From a virus (Duplodnaviria > Heunggongvirae > Uroviricota > Caudoviricetes): a DNA stretch of 48,034 nt. The first letter of the stretch is position 1. Each line of letters starts with the position of its first letter. The DNA is taken from the IMG/VR virus record IMGVR_UViG_3300029079_000001, one strand, 5' to 3'. The translations under genes and the position numbers were made by a program. Positions 1-9,877 of the stretch are shown here, in pieces. The notes under the pieces are model-generated. The model was given only the letters and a program-made list of their open reading frames with translations. It had not been told where the DNA came from and did no database searches.

Positions 1-1
1 C

Positions 2-2329
2 CGGCCGTCGGATAAGGTGTGGACCTATAACCGCAGTAATGTGGTGATGCCGGATGATGGCGCGCCGTTCCGCTACAGTTTCAGCGCCCTGAAGGACCGC
101 CATAATGCCGTTGAGGTGAACTGGATTGACCCGAACAACGGCTGGGAGACGGCGACAGAGCTTGTTGAAGATACGCAGGCCATTGCCCGTTACGGTCGTA
201 ACGTCACGAAGATGGACGCCTTTGGCTGTACCAGCCGGGGGCAGGCACACCGCGCCGGGCTGTGGCTGATTAAAACAGAACTGCTGGAAACGCAGACCGT
301 GGATTTCAGCGTCGGCGCAGAAGGGCTTCGCCATGTACCGGGCGATGTTATTGAAATCTGTGATGATGACTATGCCGGTATCAGCACCGGTGGTCGTGTG
401 CTGGCGGTGAACAGCCAGACCCGGACGCTGACGCTCGACCGTGAAATCACGCTGCCATCCTCCGGTACCACGCTGATAAGCCTGGTTGACGGAAGTGGCA
501 ATCCGGTCAGCGTGGAGGTTCAGTCCGTCACCGACGGCGTGAAGGTAAAAGTGAGCCGTGTTCCTGACGGTGTTGCTGAATACAGCGTATGGGGGCTGAA
601 GCTGCCGACGCTGCGCCAGCGACTGTTCCGCTGCGTGAGTATCCGTGAGAACGACGACGGCACGTATGCCATCACCGCCGTGCAGCATGTGCCGGAAAAA
701 GAGGCCATCGTGGATAACGGGGCGCACTTTGACGGCGAACAGAGCGGCACGGTGAATGGTGTCACGCCGCCAGCGGTGCAGCACCTGACCGCAGAAGTCA
801 CTGCAGACAGCGGGGAATATCAGGTGCTGGCGCGATGGGACACACCGAAGGTGGTGAAGGGCGTGAGCTTCCTGCTCCGTCTGACCGTAACAGCGGACGA
901 CGGCAGTGAGCGGCTGGTCAGCACGGCCCGGACGACGGAAACCACATACCGCTTCACGCAACTGGCGCTGGGGAACTACAGGCTGACAGTCCGGGCGGTA
1001 AATGCGTGGGGGCAGCAGGGAGATCCGGCGTCGGTATCGTTCCGGATTGCCGCACCGGCAGCACCGTCGCGGATTGAGCTGACGCCGGGCTATTTTCAGA
1101 TAACCGCAACGCCGCATCTTGCCGTTTATGATCCGACGGTACAGTTTGAGTTCTGGTTCTCGGAAAAGCGGATTACGGATATCAGGCAGGTTGAAACCAG
1201 CGCACGTTATCTTGGTACGGCGCTGTACTGGATAGCCGCCAGTATCAATATCAAGCCGGGCCATGATTATTATTTTTACATCCGCAGTGTGAACACCGTT
1301 GGCAAATCGGCATTCGTGGAGGCTGTCGGTCGGGCGAGCGATGATGCAGAAGGTTACCTGGATTTTTTCAAAGGCCAGATAACCAAATCCCATCTCGGCA
1401 AGGAGCTGCTGGAAAAAGTCGACCTGACGGAGGATAACGCCAGCAGACTGGATGAGTTTTCGAAAGAGTGGAAAGACGCCAACGATAAATGGAATGCCAT
1501 GTGGGGCGTCAAAATTGAGCAGACCAAAGACGGCAAACATTATGTCGCGGGGCTTGGCCTCAGCATGGAGGATACGGAGGAAGGCAAACTGAGTCAGTTC
1601 CTGGTTGCCGCTAACCGTATCGCGTTTATTGACCCGGCAAACGGGAATGAAACGCCGATGTTTGTGGCGCAGGGCAACCAGATATTCATGAACGAAGTGT
1701 TTCTGAAGTATCTGACGGCTCCCACCATTACCAGCGGCGGTAATCCTCCGGCATTTTCCCTGACACCGGACGGGCGGCTGACCGCTAAAAATGCGGATAT
1801 CAGCGGTAACGTGAATGCGAACTCAGGAACGCTCAACAATGTCACGATTAACCAGAACTGTACGATTAAGGGCATGCTGGAGGCGACCCAGGTCAGAGGG
1901 GATTTCGTTAAAGCTGTATCAAAAGCCTTCCCGAAAAAAGTCGGTACGTGGGGTAACACGGAAACACCAAACGGTACGGTTACAGTCACCATCAGCGATG
2001 ATCATAACTTTGACCGCCAGATTATTATTCCGCCCATTATCTTTAACGGAATAGCGTATGACGATCCGGGGAGCGGAAATAACCCAGGAGGCACGCGATA
2101 CACGGGTTATGGTTTTGAAGTTCGCAAAAACGGCGTATTAATCGCATCCAGAGAAACTAAAGGGGCCATTCCCGGTAGTTACAGTGCAGTTATTGATATG
2201 CCTAGTGGTGGTGGTAGCGTCACTCTGGAGTTTAAGGTTTTCCAGAAAGGCAATCAGGGGGCAGGCAATATCACCGACTGTACGGTGATTGTGACCAAAA
2301 AAGCGGCTTCCGGCATCAGTATTCGTTGA
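2..2329 (+). CDS. J: Tail tip / host-specificity protein J, C-terminal ~770 aa; the 5' part of the same gene is at 46843..48034 (circular permutation)
   Basis: Open frame runs from the window start; product continues the ORF at the window end across the 108-bp terminal overlap; contains fibronectin-III-like repeats and lies in lambda gene order after I. Confidence 0.85.
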   Translation, partial: RPSDKVWTYNRSNVVMPDDGAPFRYSFSALKDRHNAVEVNWIDPNNGWETATELVEDTQAIARYGRNVTKMDAFGCTSRGQAHRAGLWLIKTELLETQTVDFSVGAEGLRHVPGDVIEICDDDYAGISTGGRVLAVNSQTRTLTLDREITLPSSGTTLISLVDGSGNPVSVEVQSVTDGVKVKVSRVPDGVAEYSVWGLKLPTLRQRLFRCVSIRENDDGTYAITAVQHVPEKEAIVDNGAHFDGEQSGTVNGVTPPAVQHLTAEVTADSGEYQVLARWDTPKVVKGVSFLLRLTVTADDGSERLVSTARTTETTYRFTQLALGNYRLTVRAVNAWGQQGDPASVSFRIAAPAAPSRIELTPGYFQITATPHLAVYDPTVQFEFWFSEKRITDIRQVETSARYLGTALYWIAASINIKPGHDYYFYIRSVNTVGKSAFVEAVGRASDDAEGYLDFFKGQITKSHLGKELLEKVDLTEDNASRLDEFSKEWKDANDKWNAMWGVKIEQTKDGKHYVAGLGLSMEDTEEGKLSQFLVAANRIAFIDPANGNETPMFVAQGNQIFMNEVFLKYLTAPTITSGGNPPAFSLTPDGRLTAKNADISGNVNANSGTLNNVTINQNCTIKGMLEATQVRGDFVKAVSKAFPKKVGTWGNTETPNGTVTVTISDDHNFDRQIIIPPIIFNGIAYDDPGSGNNPGGTRYTGYGFEVRKNGVLIASRETKGAIPGSYSAVIDMPSGGGSVTLEFKVFQKGNQGAGNITDCTVIVTKKAASGISIR

Positions 2330-2351
2330 AATATTTATAACCCCAATAAAT

Positions 2352-2377
2352 GGCGTCAGGAATGACGCCTTTTTTAT
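2352..2377 (+). terminator. Intrinsic terminator after J
   Basis: Hairpin GGCGTCA-GGAA-TGACGCC followed by a T-run. Confidence 0.6.
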
Positions 2378-2399
2378 TGCAGAAAAGCGAGAGGTAATT

Positions 2400-2999
2400 A
2401 TGCGTAAATTATGTGCTGTTATTCTGTCCGCAGTAGTCTGGCTGGTTGCCGCTGGTACGCCAGCGAGCGCAGCAGAGCATCAGTCCACACTAAGCGCCGG
2501 GTATCTTCAGACCCATACTGATATGCCAGGCAGTGATGACCTGAAGGGCATTAACGTGAAATACCGTTATGAATTTACGGACACGCTGGGGCTGGTGACG
2601 TCATTCAGTTATGCCAATGCCAAAGATGAGCAAAAAACGCATTACAGCGATACCCGCTGGCATGAAGATTCAGTGCGTAACCGCTGGTTCAGCATGATGG
2701 CGGGGCCATCTGTACGCGTGAATGAATGGTTCAGTGCTTATGCGATGGCAGGTGTGGCTTACAGCCGTGTTTCGACGTTCTCCGGGGATTATCTCCGCGT
2801 AACTGACAACAAGGGGAAAACGCACGATGTGCTGACCGGAAGTGATGACGATCGCAACAGCAACACGTCTCTGGCGTGGGGAGCTGGCGTGCAGTTTAAC
2901 CCGACCGAATCCGTGGCCATTGATATTGCTTATGAAGGCTCCGGCAGTGGCGACTGGCGCACTGACGGTTTCATCGTGGGTGTCGGTTATAAGTTCTGA
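2400..2999 (+). CDS. lom: Outer membrane protein Lom (Ail/Lom family beta-barrel)
   Basis: 199 aa, signal peptide, C-terminal ...GFIVGVGYKF beta-barrel end; closely matches recalled lambda Lom. Confidence 0.9.
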   Translation: MRKLCAVILSAVVWLVAAGTPASAAEHQSTLSAGYLQTHTDMPGSDDLKGINVKYRYEFTDTLGLVTSFSYANAKDEQKTHYSDTRWHEDSVRNRWFSMMAGPSVRVNEWFSAYAMAGVAYSRVSTFSGDYLRVTDNKGKTHDVLTGSDDDRNSNTSLAWGAGVQFNPTESVAIDIAYEGSGSGDWRTDGFIVGVGYKF

Positions 3000-3025
3000 T
3001 TAGCCAGGTAACACAGTGTTATGAC

Positions 3026-3053
3026 AGCCCGCCGGTTCAGGCGGGCTTTTTTG
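3026..3053 (+). terminator. Intrinsic terminator after lom
   Basis: Hairpin AGCCCGCC-GGTTCA-GGCGGGCT followed by TTTTTT. Confidence 0.7.
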
Positions 3054-3057
3054 TGGA

Positions 3058-5439
3058 GTGGATATGGCAGCAGTAAAAATCTCAGGTGTGCTGAAAGATG
3101 GTGCGGGAAAACCAATACAGAACTGCACTATTCAACTGAAGGCAAAGCGTAACAGCACCACGGTACTGGTGAACACGGTTGCCTCTGAAAATCCTGATGA
3201 AGCCGGGCGTTACAGTATGGACGTTGAGTATGGTCAGTACAGCGTCATCCTGTGGATTGAGGGTTCTCAGCCATCACATGTTGGGACCATTACCGTCTAT
3301 GAAGGTTCCAGTCCGGGGACGCTGAATGATTTTCTCGGTGCCATGACGGAAGATGATGTCATGCCGGAGGCATTGCGCCGTTTTCAGGAAATGGTGGAAG
3401 AAGCGGCACGCAACGCCGAAGCCGCTTCTCAGAGCGCAGCGGCGGCAAAGAAATCCGAAACTGCAGCGGCATCATCGAAGAACGCGGCGAAAACCTCAGA
3501 AACGAATGCAGCTAACAGCGCACAGGCGGCAGCGACCTCACAGACTGCATCGGCAAACTCCGCGACAGCAGCTAAAAAATCAGAAACCAACGCGAAAAAT
3601 AGCGAGACAGCCGCAAAGACGAGCGAAACCAACGCAAAGTCCAGCCAGACGGCAGCGAAGACCAGCGAAACGAATGCCAAAGCCAGTGAAACTGCGGCGA
3701 AAAACAGCCAGGATGCAGCGGCCCAAAGCGAGAGTGACGCAGCTGGTTCTGCAAGTGCGGCGGCTTCTTCTGCCACTGCATCAGCCAACAGTCAAAAAGC
3801 TGCAAAAACCAGCGAAACCAACGCAAAGTCCAGCCAGACGGCAGCGAAAACCAGCGAAACGAATGCCAAAGCCAGTGAAACTGCGGCGAAAAGCAGTCAG
3901 GATGCAGCAGCCGAAAGCGAGAGTGCTGCAGCTGGCTCTGCAAGCGCGGCGGCTGCTTCTGCCACTGCATCAGCCAACAGTCAAAAAGCAGCAAAAACCA
4001 GTGAAACCAATGCAAAGACAAGCGAGACTGCAGCGGCGAACTCGGCGAAAGCATCGGCAGCAAGCCAGACAGCAGCTAAAGCAAGTGAAGACGCAGCCAG
4101 AGAGTATGCAAGTCAGGCAGCAGAGCCGTATAAATATGTCTTACAGCCGCTGCCTGATGTGTGGATACCATTTAACGATTCGCTGGATATGATTACGGGC
4201 TTTTCGCCATCATATAAAAAAATTGTTATTGGTGACGATGAAATAACGATGCCTGGCGACAAGATTGTTAAGTTTAAACGTGCATCGAAAGCAACCTATA
4301 TTAACAAATCTGGTGTGCTGACAGAGGCTGCCATTGACGAGCCACGATTTGAACGTGATGGTCTGCTTATTGAGGGGCAAAGAACAAACTACATGCTCAA
4401 TTCGGAAAGCCCTGCCAGTTGGGGGCGATCGTCAAATATGGATGTGCCCGAAACAGGGACGGATAATTTTGGTTTTACCTATGGAAAGTTTGTCTGCAAC
4501 GATTCTCTGATTGGGCAAACCTCAGCCATTAATATGGCATCAATTGCTGCAACAAAGTCAGTTGATGTCTCAGGCGATAATAAATACGTGACAACCTCAT
4601 GTCGTTTTAAAACAGAACTGCAGGTAAGGTTGCGTATCCGGTTTGATAAATATGACGGTAGCGCAACAACTTTTCTTGGTGATGCGTATATTGATACACA
4701 AACGCTTGAAATTAATATGACAGGCGGTGCTGCCTCAAGGATTACAGCGAGAGTCAGAAAGGACGAAGCTACCGGATGGATTTTTGCAGAGGCAACAATT
4801 CAGGCAATTGATGGGGAGTTAAAAATAGGTTCTCAGATACAGTATTCTCCTAAGCAGGGCGGGGCAACCGTATCTGGTGACTATATTTATCTGGCCACCC
4901 CACAAGTAGAAAATGGGCCTTGTGTATCATCTTTTATTATATCAGGAACGACGGCGGCGACCCGCGCAAGCGATATAGTTACAGTTCCCATTAAGAATAA
5001 TCTTTATAATCTTCCTTTTACGGTTCTTTGTGAGGTACATAAGAACTGGTATAAAACGCCAAATGCAGCGCCGCGTGTTTTTGATACCGGCGGTCATCAA
5101 ACCGGAGCGGCTATTATTCTTGGCTTCGGTTCTTCAGCAGATTACGACGGATTTCCTTATTGCGATATTGGAGGAGCTAACAGACGGGTAAACGAAAACG
5201 CATCGCTTGAAAAAATGGTTATGGGGATGCGTGTAAAGTCAGATCAGTCTACGTGCTCAGTAAGTAACGGGCGTATATCCAGCGAAACAAAAACCACATG
5301 GTCCTGTATTCAGAACACCGCAATTATCCGTATTGGAGGCCAGACTACAGCCGGGTTACGTCATTTATTTGGTCATGTCAGGAATTTCAGAATATGGCAC
5401 AAGGCATTGACTGATGCTCAGGTGGGGGAGTCAATCTAA
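3058..5439 (+). CDS. stf: Side tail fiber protein (lambda Stf-like N-terminus, divergent AT-rich C-terminal receptor-binding part)
   Basis: N-terminus ...AAVKISGVLKDGAGKPIQNCTIQLKAKRNSTT... resembles lambda Stf; Ala/Ser/Thr-rich KTSETNAK repeat region; likely true start ATG at 3064. Confidence 0.8.
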   Translation: MDMAAVKISGVLKDGAGKPIQNCTIQLKAKRNSTTVLVNTVASENPDEAGRYSMDVEYGQYSVILWIEGSQPSHVGTITVYEGSSPGTLNDFLGAMTEDDVMPEALRRFQEMVEEAARNAEAASQSAAAAKKSETAAASSKNAAKTSETNAANSAQAAATSQTASANSATAAKKSETNAKNSETAAKTSETNAKSSQTAAKTSETNAKASETAAKNSQDAAAQSESDAAGSASAAASSATASANSQKAAKTSETNAKSSQTAAKTSETNAKASETAAKSSQDAAAESESAAAGSASAAAASATASANSQKAAKTSETNAKTSETAAANSAKASAASQTAAKASEDAAREYASQAAEPYKYVLQPLPDVWIPFNDSLDMITGFSPSYKKIVIGDDEITMPGDKIVKFKRASKATYINKSGVLTEAAIDEPRFERDGLLIEGQRTNYMLNSESPASWGRSSNMDVPETGTDNFGFTYGKFVCNDSLIGQTSAINMASIAATKSVDVSGDNKYVTTSCRFKTELQVRLRIRFDKYDGSATTFLGDAYIDTQTLEINMTGGAASRITARVRKDEATGWIFAEATIQAIDGELKIGSQIQYSPKQGGATVSGDYIYLATPQVENGPCVSSFIISGTTAATRASDIVTVPIKNNLYNLPFTVLCEVHKNWYKTPNAAPRVFDTGGHQTGAAIILGFGSSADYDGFPYCDIGGANRRVNENASLEKMVMGMRVKSDQSTCSVSNGRISSETKTTWSCIQNTAIIRIGGQTTAGLRHLFGHVRNFRIWHKALTDAQVGESI
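3622..3999 (+). repeat. Two tandem copies of a 189-bp (63-codon) unit inside stf
   Basis: AGCGAAACCAACGCAAAGTCCAGCCAGACGGCAGCGAAG... recurs at 3622 and 3811 with few mismatches. Confidence 0.8.
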
Positions 5440-5720
5440 TGAAAGATTTAACACTCAAATTTGCCGACAGGGCCGACTTTTCGGCCTTTATGGAGAGTAT
5501 TGGCTATTATGATGACGAGTCGATGCAGGATGATATTCTTATTGACGTGATAGGTAACGTGTACAAAGAAACCGGAGAACTTACTGAAGATGGCGAGCCG
5601 GTATGTGTTAAGGAAGACGGATATTTTGTAAACGTGCGCATCATTAATGATGCAAAAAAATCGTCAATATTCGATGAATACGTGGTTGCTGTTGAGCATC
5701 AACTTCGTGGCTGGATGTGA
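5439..5720 (+). CDS. Hypothetical protein (93 aa), tail-fiber associated by position
   Basis: ATG overlaps the stf stop (ATGA coupling); acidic product with no recognised motif. Confidence 0.5.
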   Translation: MKDLTLKFADRADFSAFMESIGYYDDESMQDDILIDVIGNVYKETGELTEDGEPVCVKEDGYFVNVRIINDAKKSSIFDEYVVAVEHQLRGWM

Positions 5721-5729
5721 GGAAGAAAA

Positions 5730-6770
5730 ATGGCTACATCGACAGTAATTCCTGAAGACATCAAAACGCTAAAATCCGACGTTAGCAAATTAAAAAACGA
5801 TCAAGGAAGCTACGCAACAAAATCATATGTAGACAGCAAAGATGAAACCGTTGGTGACTGGTCTGCTTCATGGTATCAGCAGGTATTGCCAACTAGCGGA
5901 GCTATATTTGGGAGAAAACTCCGCTCAACTCACCGGACGGCAGGTGTTGAGGATGCGTATTGCGAACTATACCTCAAAAAATGGATAGACAGTCCAGGTA
6001 ACGCAATGGCGCGCCTTAACCTGAACGATAACGGGACAAACATTTGCTGGGACTTTACCAACCTTTATGGCGGTACGATGATTTTTCCCGGTGACAGCGG
6101 ATACCTCAAAATGGGTAACTGCCTTATGTCATACAGCAAGCGTGGAAGTAACGCGCTTATTAAATTTGATTACACCGACACATTACAGATCAAATATGCC
6201 AATCATGGGTCAACCATGACATTAAACACACAGGGAACCGCTTATGCTGGTGTTACTGCTCAATTGTGGGGCAACTCCAGCCGTCCTGTTGTTTATGAAG
6301 TCGGTGTTGATGGTGGCGCTTATATGTTCTATGCGCAGAAAACTACCAGCAATACCTACGAATTAACGGTTAACGGCGCGTGCAATGCAAGTGCATTTAA
6401 TCAAGGCTCTGACCGGGATCTGAAAGACAATATTCAGGTGATCGATAATGCAACCGACCGCATTCGTAAAATGAACGGCTATACATACACGCTTAAAGAA
6501 AACGGTATGCCTTACGCTGGTGTTATTGCACAAGAAACCCTGGAAGCCATCCCCGAAGCCGTAGGGTCTATGATGAAATATCCAGACGGCGGGAGTGGAT
6601 TAGATGGAGAAGAAGGTGAACGGTATTACACTGTAGATTATTCTGGTGTTACTGGCTTGCTTGTTCAGGTAGCCAGAGAGTCAGACGACAGAATAACAGC
6701 ACTGGAAGAAGAAAACGCAGAATTAAGACAAAGATTATCTGCAATTGAGGCGGCGCTTGCGTCTAAATAA
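5730..6770 (+). CDS. Tail fiber / tail spike tip protein with C-terminal intramolecular chaperone (peptidase S74-like) domain
   Basis: C-terminal ...NQGS-DRDLKDNI... matches the S-D-x-x-x-K autoproteolysis motif, followed by a coiled-coil tail (EEENAELRQRLSAIEAALASK). Confidence 0.65.
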   Translation: MATSTVIPEDIKTLKSDVSKLKNDQGSYATKSYVDSKDETVGDWSASWYQQVLPTSGAIFGRKLRSTHRTAGVEDAYCELYLKKWIDSPGNAMARLNLNDNGTNICWDFTNLYGGTMIFPGDSGYLKMGNCLMSYSKRGSNALIKFDYTDTLQIKYANHGSTMTLNTQGTAYAGVTAQLWGNSSRPVVYEVGVDGGAYMFYAQKTTSNTYELTVNGACNASAFNQGSDRDLKDNIQVIDNATDRIRKMNGYTYTLKENGMPYAGVIAQETLEAIPEAVGSMMKYPDGGSGLDGEEGERYYTVDYSGVTGLLVQVARESDDRITALEEENAELRQRLSAIEAALASK

Positions 6771-6776
6771 TATTAA

Positions 6777-6798
6777 GGGGCCGAGCGCCCCGTTTTAT
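6777..6798 (+). terminator. Intrinsic terminator after the fiber genes
   Basis: Hairpin GGGGCC-GAG-CGCCCC followed by GTTTTATT. Confidence 0.6.
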
Positions 6799-6806
6799 TG
6801 GGTAGG

Positions 6807-7106
6807 ATGAAAATGGATATAACACCTTTCCTTCATGCTCTTTGTGCTGTGGCTGCGCAGCTACTGATTGGTCTTTTTACCGGGAACTGGGCTTACGGAG
6901 CGATAGCCGGTTGTACGTTCTTCATTGCGCGTGAACACACCCAGGCAGAATATCGCTGGATTGAAATGTTCGGGCATGGCAAGCGGATTAACATGCCGTG
7001 GTGGGGCGGTTTTGATCCGCGCGTGTGGGATGTGGCAAGCCTGATGGATTTTGCTGTGCCGGTGGTGGCGTGTCTGCTGGTCTGGCTGTTGGTTTATCGT
7101 GGGTGA
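6807..7106 (+). CDS. Small integral membrane protein (about 95-100 aa, 2-3 predicted TM segments), moron-like
   Basis: Hydrophobic stretches LHALCAVAAQLLIGLF and FAVPVVACLLVWLLVY; the ORF track starts at TTG 6798, but ATG 6807 or 6813 (better RBS) is more likely. Confidence 0.5.
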   Translation: MKMDITPFLHALCAVAAQLLIGLFTGNWAYGAIAGCTFFIAREHTQAEYRWIEMFGHGKRINMPWWGGFDPRVWDVASLMDFAVPVVACLLVWLLVYRG

Positions 7107-7240
7107 AAAAAGGTGAGCTGTATATGCAACGGAGGAAGAAACCCCGTTGCTGGAAGCCTGGAAAAAGTATCGGGTGTTGTTGAATCGTGTTGATACATCA
7201 CTATCTCCAGATATCGAGTGGCCAAGTCAACCATAAATCA

Positions 7241-7270
7241 ATATCCCCTGCAATGCAGGGGATATTTCTT
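7241..7270. terminator. Hairpin between convergent genes (membrane ORF on + and sopB on -), probable bidirectional terminator
   Basis: ATATCCCCTGCA / TGCAGGGGATAT inverted repeat with T-rich flank. Confidence 0.55.
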
Positions 7271-8234
7271 AATTATCAGTAGATTGTTCCTCTAGTAACA
7301 ACTCAATTCTGCTTAGTATTTCTTTAGATATTTTTCGGCTATCAATTTTTATAGTTACAAAATTACCTTTATATCTAGCCGTGATCCCTTCCCCATATTT
7401 TTTCTCGTCTTTTGTTTTTTCCTCGTCGCCAACCAGAACAGAGTCAGATAATATTTGTATAATCCGTGAAGCTTCTAAATCCTCGCCGTTTTTTTTAATT
7501 GCCAGAAGATGATGAGCAGCATTGCTCATGGCAGCCATGTTTTTTTTGTAGACCTTAAACAAAGAATCTCCAGCACGAGCTGACAGTTCTCCTGGATGAT
7601 TGAAGATAGCTAATATATCTTTTGGTAGACCAGCTGTATTAATACAGCGAGTGATAATATTTCTGTCTATATTTTCAGCCTCGGCTAATGCTTTAACGTT
7701 ACCATCAAAGTCATTTAGCTTGCGTAAGTATCTCTTTCCTCTTTCGTATGCACTAATAGGCCTATAATCGTTACCAATTTGGGATAACCAATGCATCTGT
7801 TCATCGTCGAGATCACCTATTAAGACGCGATAGTCACATCCTGTTAATATCGCTGCTTTTCTTCTACGTGAGCCGTCAGCGACTTCAACGATTCCAGACA
7901 CTTTTCTGGCGAAAGCTGGATTTTGTTGTCCAGACGTTAGAAAAGATGGGATTAAATCGGCTAGAGAGGATTCATTTAATAAATCTTGATCGCGTTCATT
8001 ACCTAGCCATACCATTGTTGCCATTTCAACTTTATCTGCGGGAATTGTCTCTAACTTAAAGTTAACATTACGTCCGCATACTGGCAAAGTTATGCTGTTA
8101 CCGGTTAATGAACTCAGTTGACGTTTTAAATCACCAACCATAGGTGATACGGGCTGATGTTCAGGGGCATGATGATTATTACTCATAATGCGATTAATAT
8201 CTGGAGCATTTTTTAGAAGAGAGCGCTGTTTCAT
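7269..8234 (-). CDS. sopB: Partition protein SopB (ParB-type centromere-binding protein)
   Basis: 321 aa; ParB-like motif ...GSRRRKAAILTGCDYRVLIGDLDDEQ...; translationally coupled downstream of sopA. Confidence 0.8.
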   Translation of the reverse strand: MKQRSLLKNAPDINRIMSNNHHAPEHQPVSPMVGDLKRQLSSLTGNSITLPVCGRNVNFKLETIPADKVEMATMVWLGNERDQDLLNESSLADLIPSFLTSGQQNPAFARKVSGIVEVADGSRRRKAAILTGCDYRVLIGDLDDEQMHWLSQIGNDYRPISAYERGKRYLRKLNDFDGNVKALAEAENIDRNIITRCINTAGLPKDILAIFNHPGELSARAGDSLFKVYKKNMAAMSNAAHHLLAIKKNGEDLEASRIIQILSDSVLVGDEEKTKDEKKYGEGITARYKGNFVTIKIDSRKISKEILSRIELLLEEQSTDN

Positions 8235-9400
8235 TATTCGTTCTCCCAGCGAGGTTTTATTAGATCATCAAAAATTTCTCGGCAAACAGGGTCCCATATA
8301 GAAACAGCATTTCTCCATGCATTCAATGTTGAACGTTGGTTTGCTGCTTGTTCAAATACTGTTCTCATTTTTATCTGGCCTTTACCTACTTCATCGGTAA
8401 CGCGTACAACCTGACGTAATACCATTGATCCCCATGTATTTCTTATTTGTTCTTCCATCCATCGTGATTGATTCCCTGTAGTGAGACTATATTTAGTCAG
8501 AAGTAAGCGAACGGTTGGCTCAAATCCACCTAGGTCAACGCTTTCCAATAGATCGAGAAGCATTGTGAAAAACTGTAGAACAGAAGCGTAATCAAATAAT
8601 TCTGCAGGTGTAGCAACAACAATAACGTCAGCGGCACAAACAACGTTAATGGTTCCTGTACCGAGGTTCGGAGCACTATCTATAACGATAACATCGTAGT
8701 TATCCCAAACTGATTCAATAGCTGCGCGCAGCATAAGGTGTGGAGGATGAGGCAATTTACCCTGAGCATGATATTGCATGAGATCTGTTTCTATACGATG
8801 TAAAGCTAGGCAGCTAGGGATAATGTCTAGCCCAGGCCAACATGTTGGCTTTATAGCATATTCAGCGTTATCGCGTTCTCCTAAGTAAAATGGCAGTAAA
8901 GTATCCTCGGCATGGATATGTAAATCAGGAACATAACCGTGATACATAGAGGCCGTGCCTTGAGGATCGTTACCTTCAACCAAAAGAACACGATGACCTT
9001 GTAATGCTAACCATTGAGCTTGATGTACCGCAGACGATGTTTTATAAACGCCGCCTTTGTGTGACATAACGGCAAGCACAACAGGGTTTTTATCTTGTGG
9101 TCGTTGGTTTGGGTTGCCAAAAACTGCTCGCATACTGTTGATTTGATCTATGGTATAACCAGCACGACGTTCAATTCTTCCTCTCATTTCAAAGTCAGGT
9201 GCAGGTAAACGCCCGCTCTTCTCAGCATCTCTAATTGCTTGAGGAGTTACACCAATTAAATCTGCTACTTCAGTTATACCCCATCGGCGGGTGATACGCC
9301 GAGCTTCAGGACTATCATCACCGAATTGAGCGATTGCAATTGCTTGGGTCATTTCTTGACCTCTCGTAACACAATCTTGCAATAACTTTTTCAAAGACAT
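8234..9400 (-). CDS. sopA: Partition ATPase SopA (ParA/Walker-type, F SopA-like)
   Basis: 388 aa; deviant Walker A MSHKGGVYKTS; extensive similarity to recalled F-plasmid SopA (HTH ...AIAIAQFGDDSPEARRITRRW...). Confidence 0.9.
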   Translation of the reverse strand: MSLKKLLQDCVTRGQEMTQAIAIAQFGDDSPEARRITRRWGITEVADLIGVTPQAIRDAEKSGRLPAPDFEMRGRIERRAGYTIDQINSMRAVFGNPNQRPQDKNPVVLAVMSHKGGVYKTSSAVHQAQWLALQGHRVLLVEGNDPQGTASMYHGYVPDLHIHAEDTLLPFYLGERDNAEYAIKPTCWPGLDIIPSCLALHRIETDLMQYHAQGKLPHPPHLMLRAAIESVWDNYDVIVIDSAPNLGTGTINVVCAADVIVVATPAELFDYASVLQFFTMLLDLLESVDLGGFEPTVRLLLTKYSLTTGNQSRWMEEQIRNTWGSMVLRQVVRVTDEVGKGQIKMRTVFEQAANQRSTLNAWRNAVSIWDPVCREIFDDLIKPRWENE

Positions 9401-9421
9401 ACTGTCATCTCCAGCTTGTAA

Positions 9422-9499
9422 CTTTGCTTAATAATTAAATCTTTGCTTATTTCTAGCAAATTTGCATGAAAAAGGCAAAGCAAAACGAAAAACGCAAAG
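9422..9499. promoter_or_regulatory. sopAB promoter/operator region with CTTTGC/GCAAAG repeats
   Basis: CTTTGC at 9422 and 9441; GCAAA(G) at 9456, 9475, 9494; the F sopAB operator carries CTTTGC repeats bound by SopA. Confidence 0.55.
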
Positions 9500-9687
9500 G
9501 TGAATATTTGAGCTAAATCATCTTTTGTTCCCCTCCCGAAATGCATAAAACGAACAACGATATAATCATAACTAATTGATATTTATTATCTTTTTAAAGA
9601 AAGGAAATCATGTAAAACTAGGGAAACATGATAAGAATCATCAATGAGATACGTTTTCTCTATTAGTTCTCCCAATCTTACCAATAC

Positions 9688-9833
9688 GAGAACATAAACA
9701 GAGAACATAAAAATCAAGTAATGATACAAACACAATAAAGAACATAAATAAAGAATTAAAACCAATGCTAAATAAAGCAGTACATAATATGAGAACATTA
9801 CACCAAATGAGAACATTAATCAAGAACACAACG
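9688..9833. repeat. Six direct (A/G)AGAACA(T/C) iterons left of the telomere palindrome; probable protelomerase/regulatory binding sites (tos-like)
   Basis: GAGAACATAAAC (9688), GAGAACATAAAA (9701), AAGAACATAAAT (9738), GAGAACATTACA (9791), GAGAACATTAAT (9809), AAGAACACAACG (9822); inverted ATGTTCT copy about 9949 on the right side. Confidence 0.6.
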
Positions 9834-9835
9834 AA

Positions 9836-9877
9836 ACATAATTCCCCATTATACGCGCGTATAATGGGGAATTATGT
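9836..9877. other. telRL: Telomere resolution site (telRL-like): 42-bp perfect palindrome with central TACGCGCGTA
   Basis: ACATAATTCCCCATTATACGCGCGTATAATGGGGAATTATGT equals its own reverse complement; the 22-bp core CCATTATACGCGCGTATAATGG matches the recalled N15 telO; lies immediately upstream of telN. Confidence 0.8.

Noticed and set aside
3353-4192. Long alternative-frame and antisense ORFs inside stf (3353..4192 +, 3429..3788 -, 3572..4063 -)
   Set aside because: They lie entirely within the Ala/Ser-rich tandem-repeat region of stf; low-complexity repeats keep several frames open by chance, and their products are biased poly-R/K or poly-A/F strings with no start context.
9688-9833. Possible CRISPR array (regularly recurring GAGAACAT motifs)
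   Set aside because: Repeat unit is only about 8 bp with irregular 5-40-bp spacing in AT-rich DNA next to the telomere palindrome; this is an iteron-type binding-site array, not CRISPR repeats.
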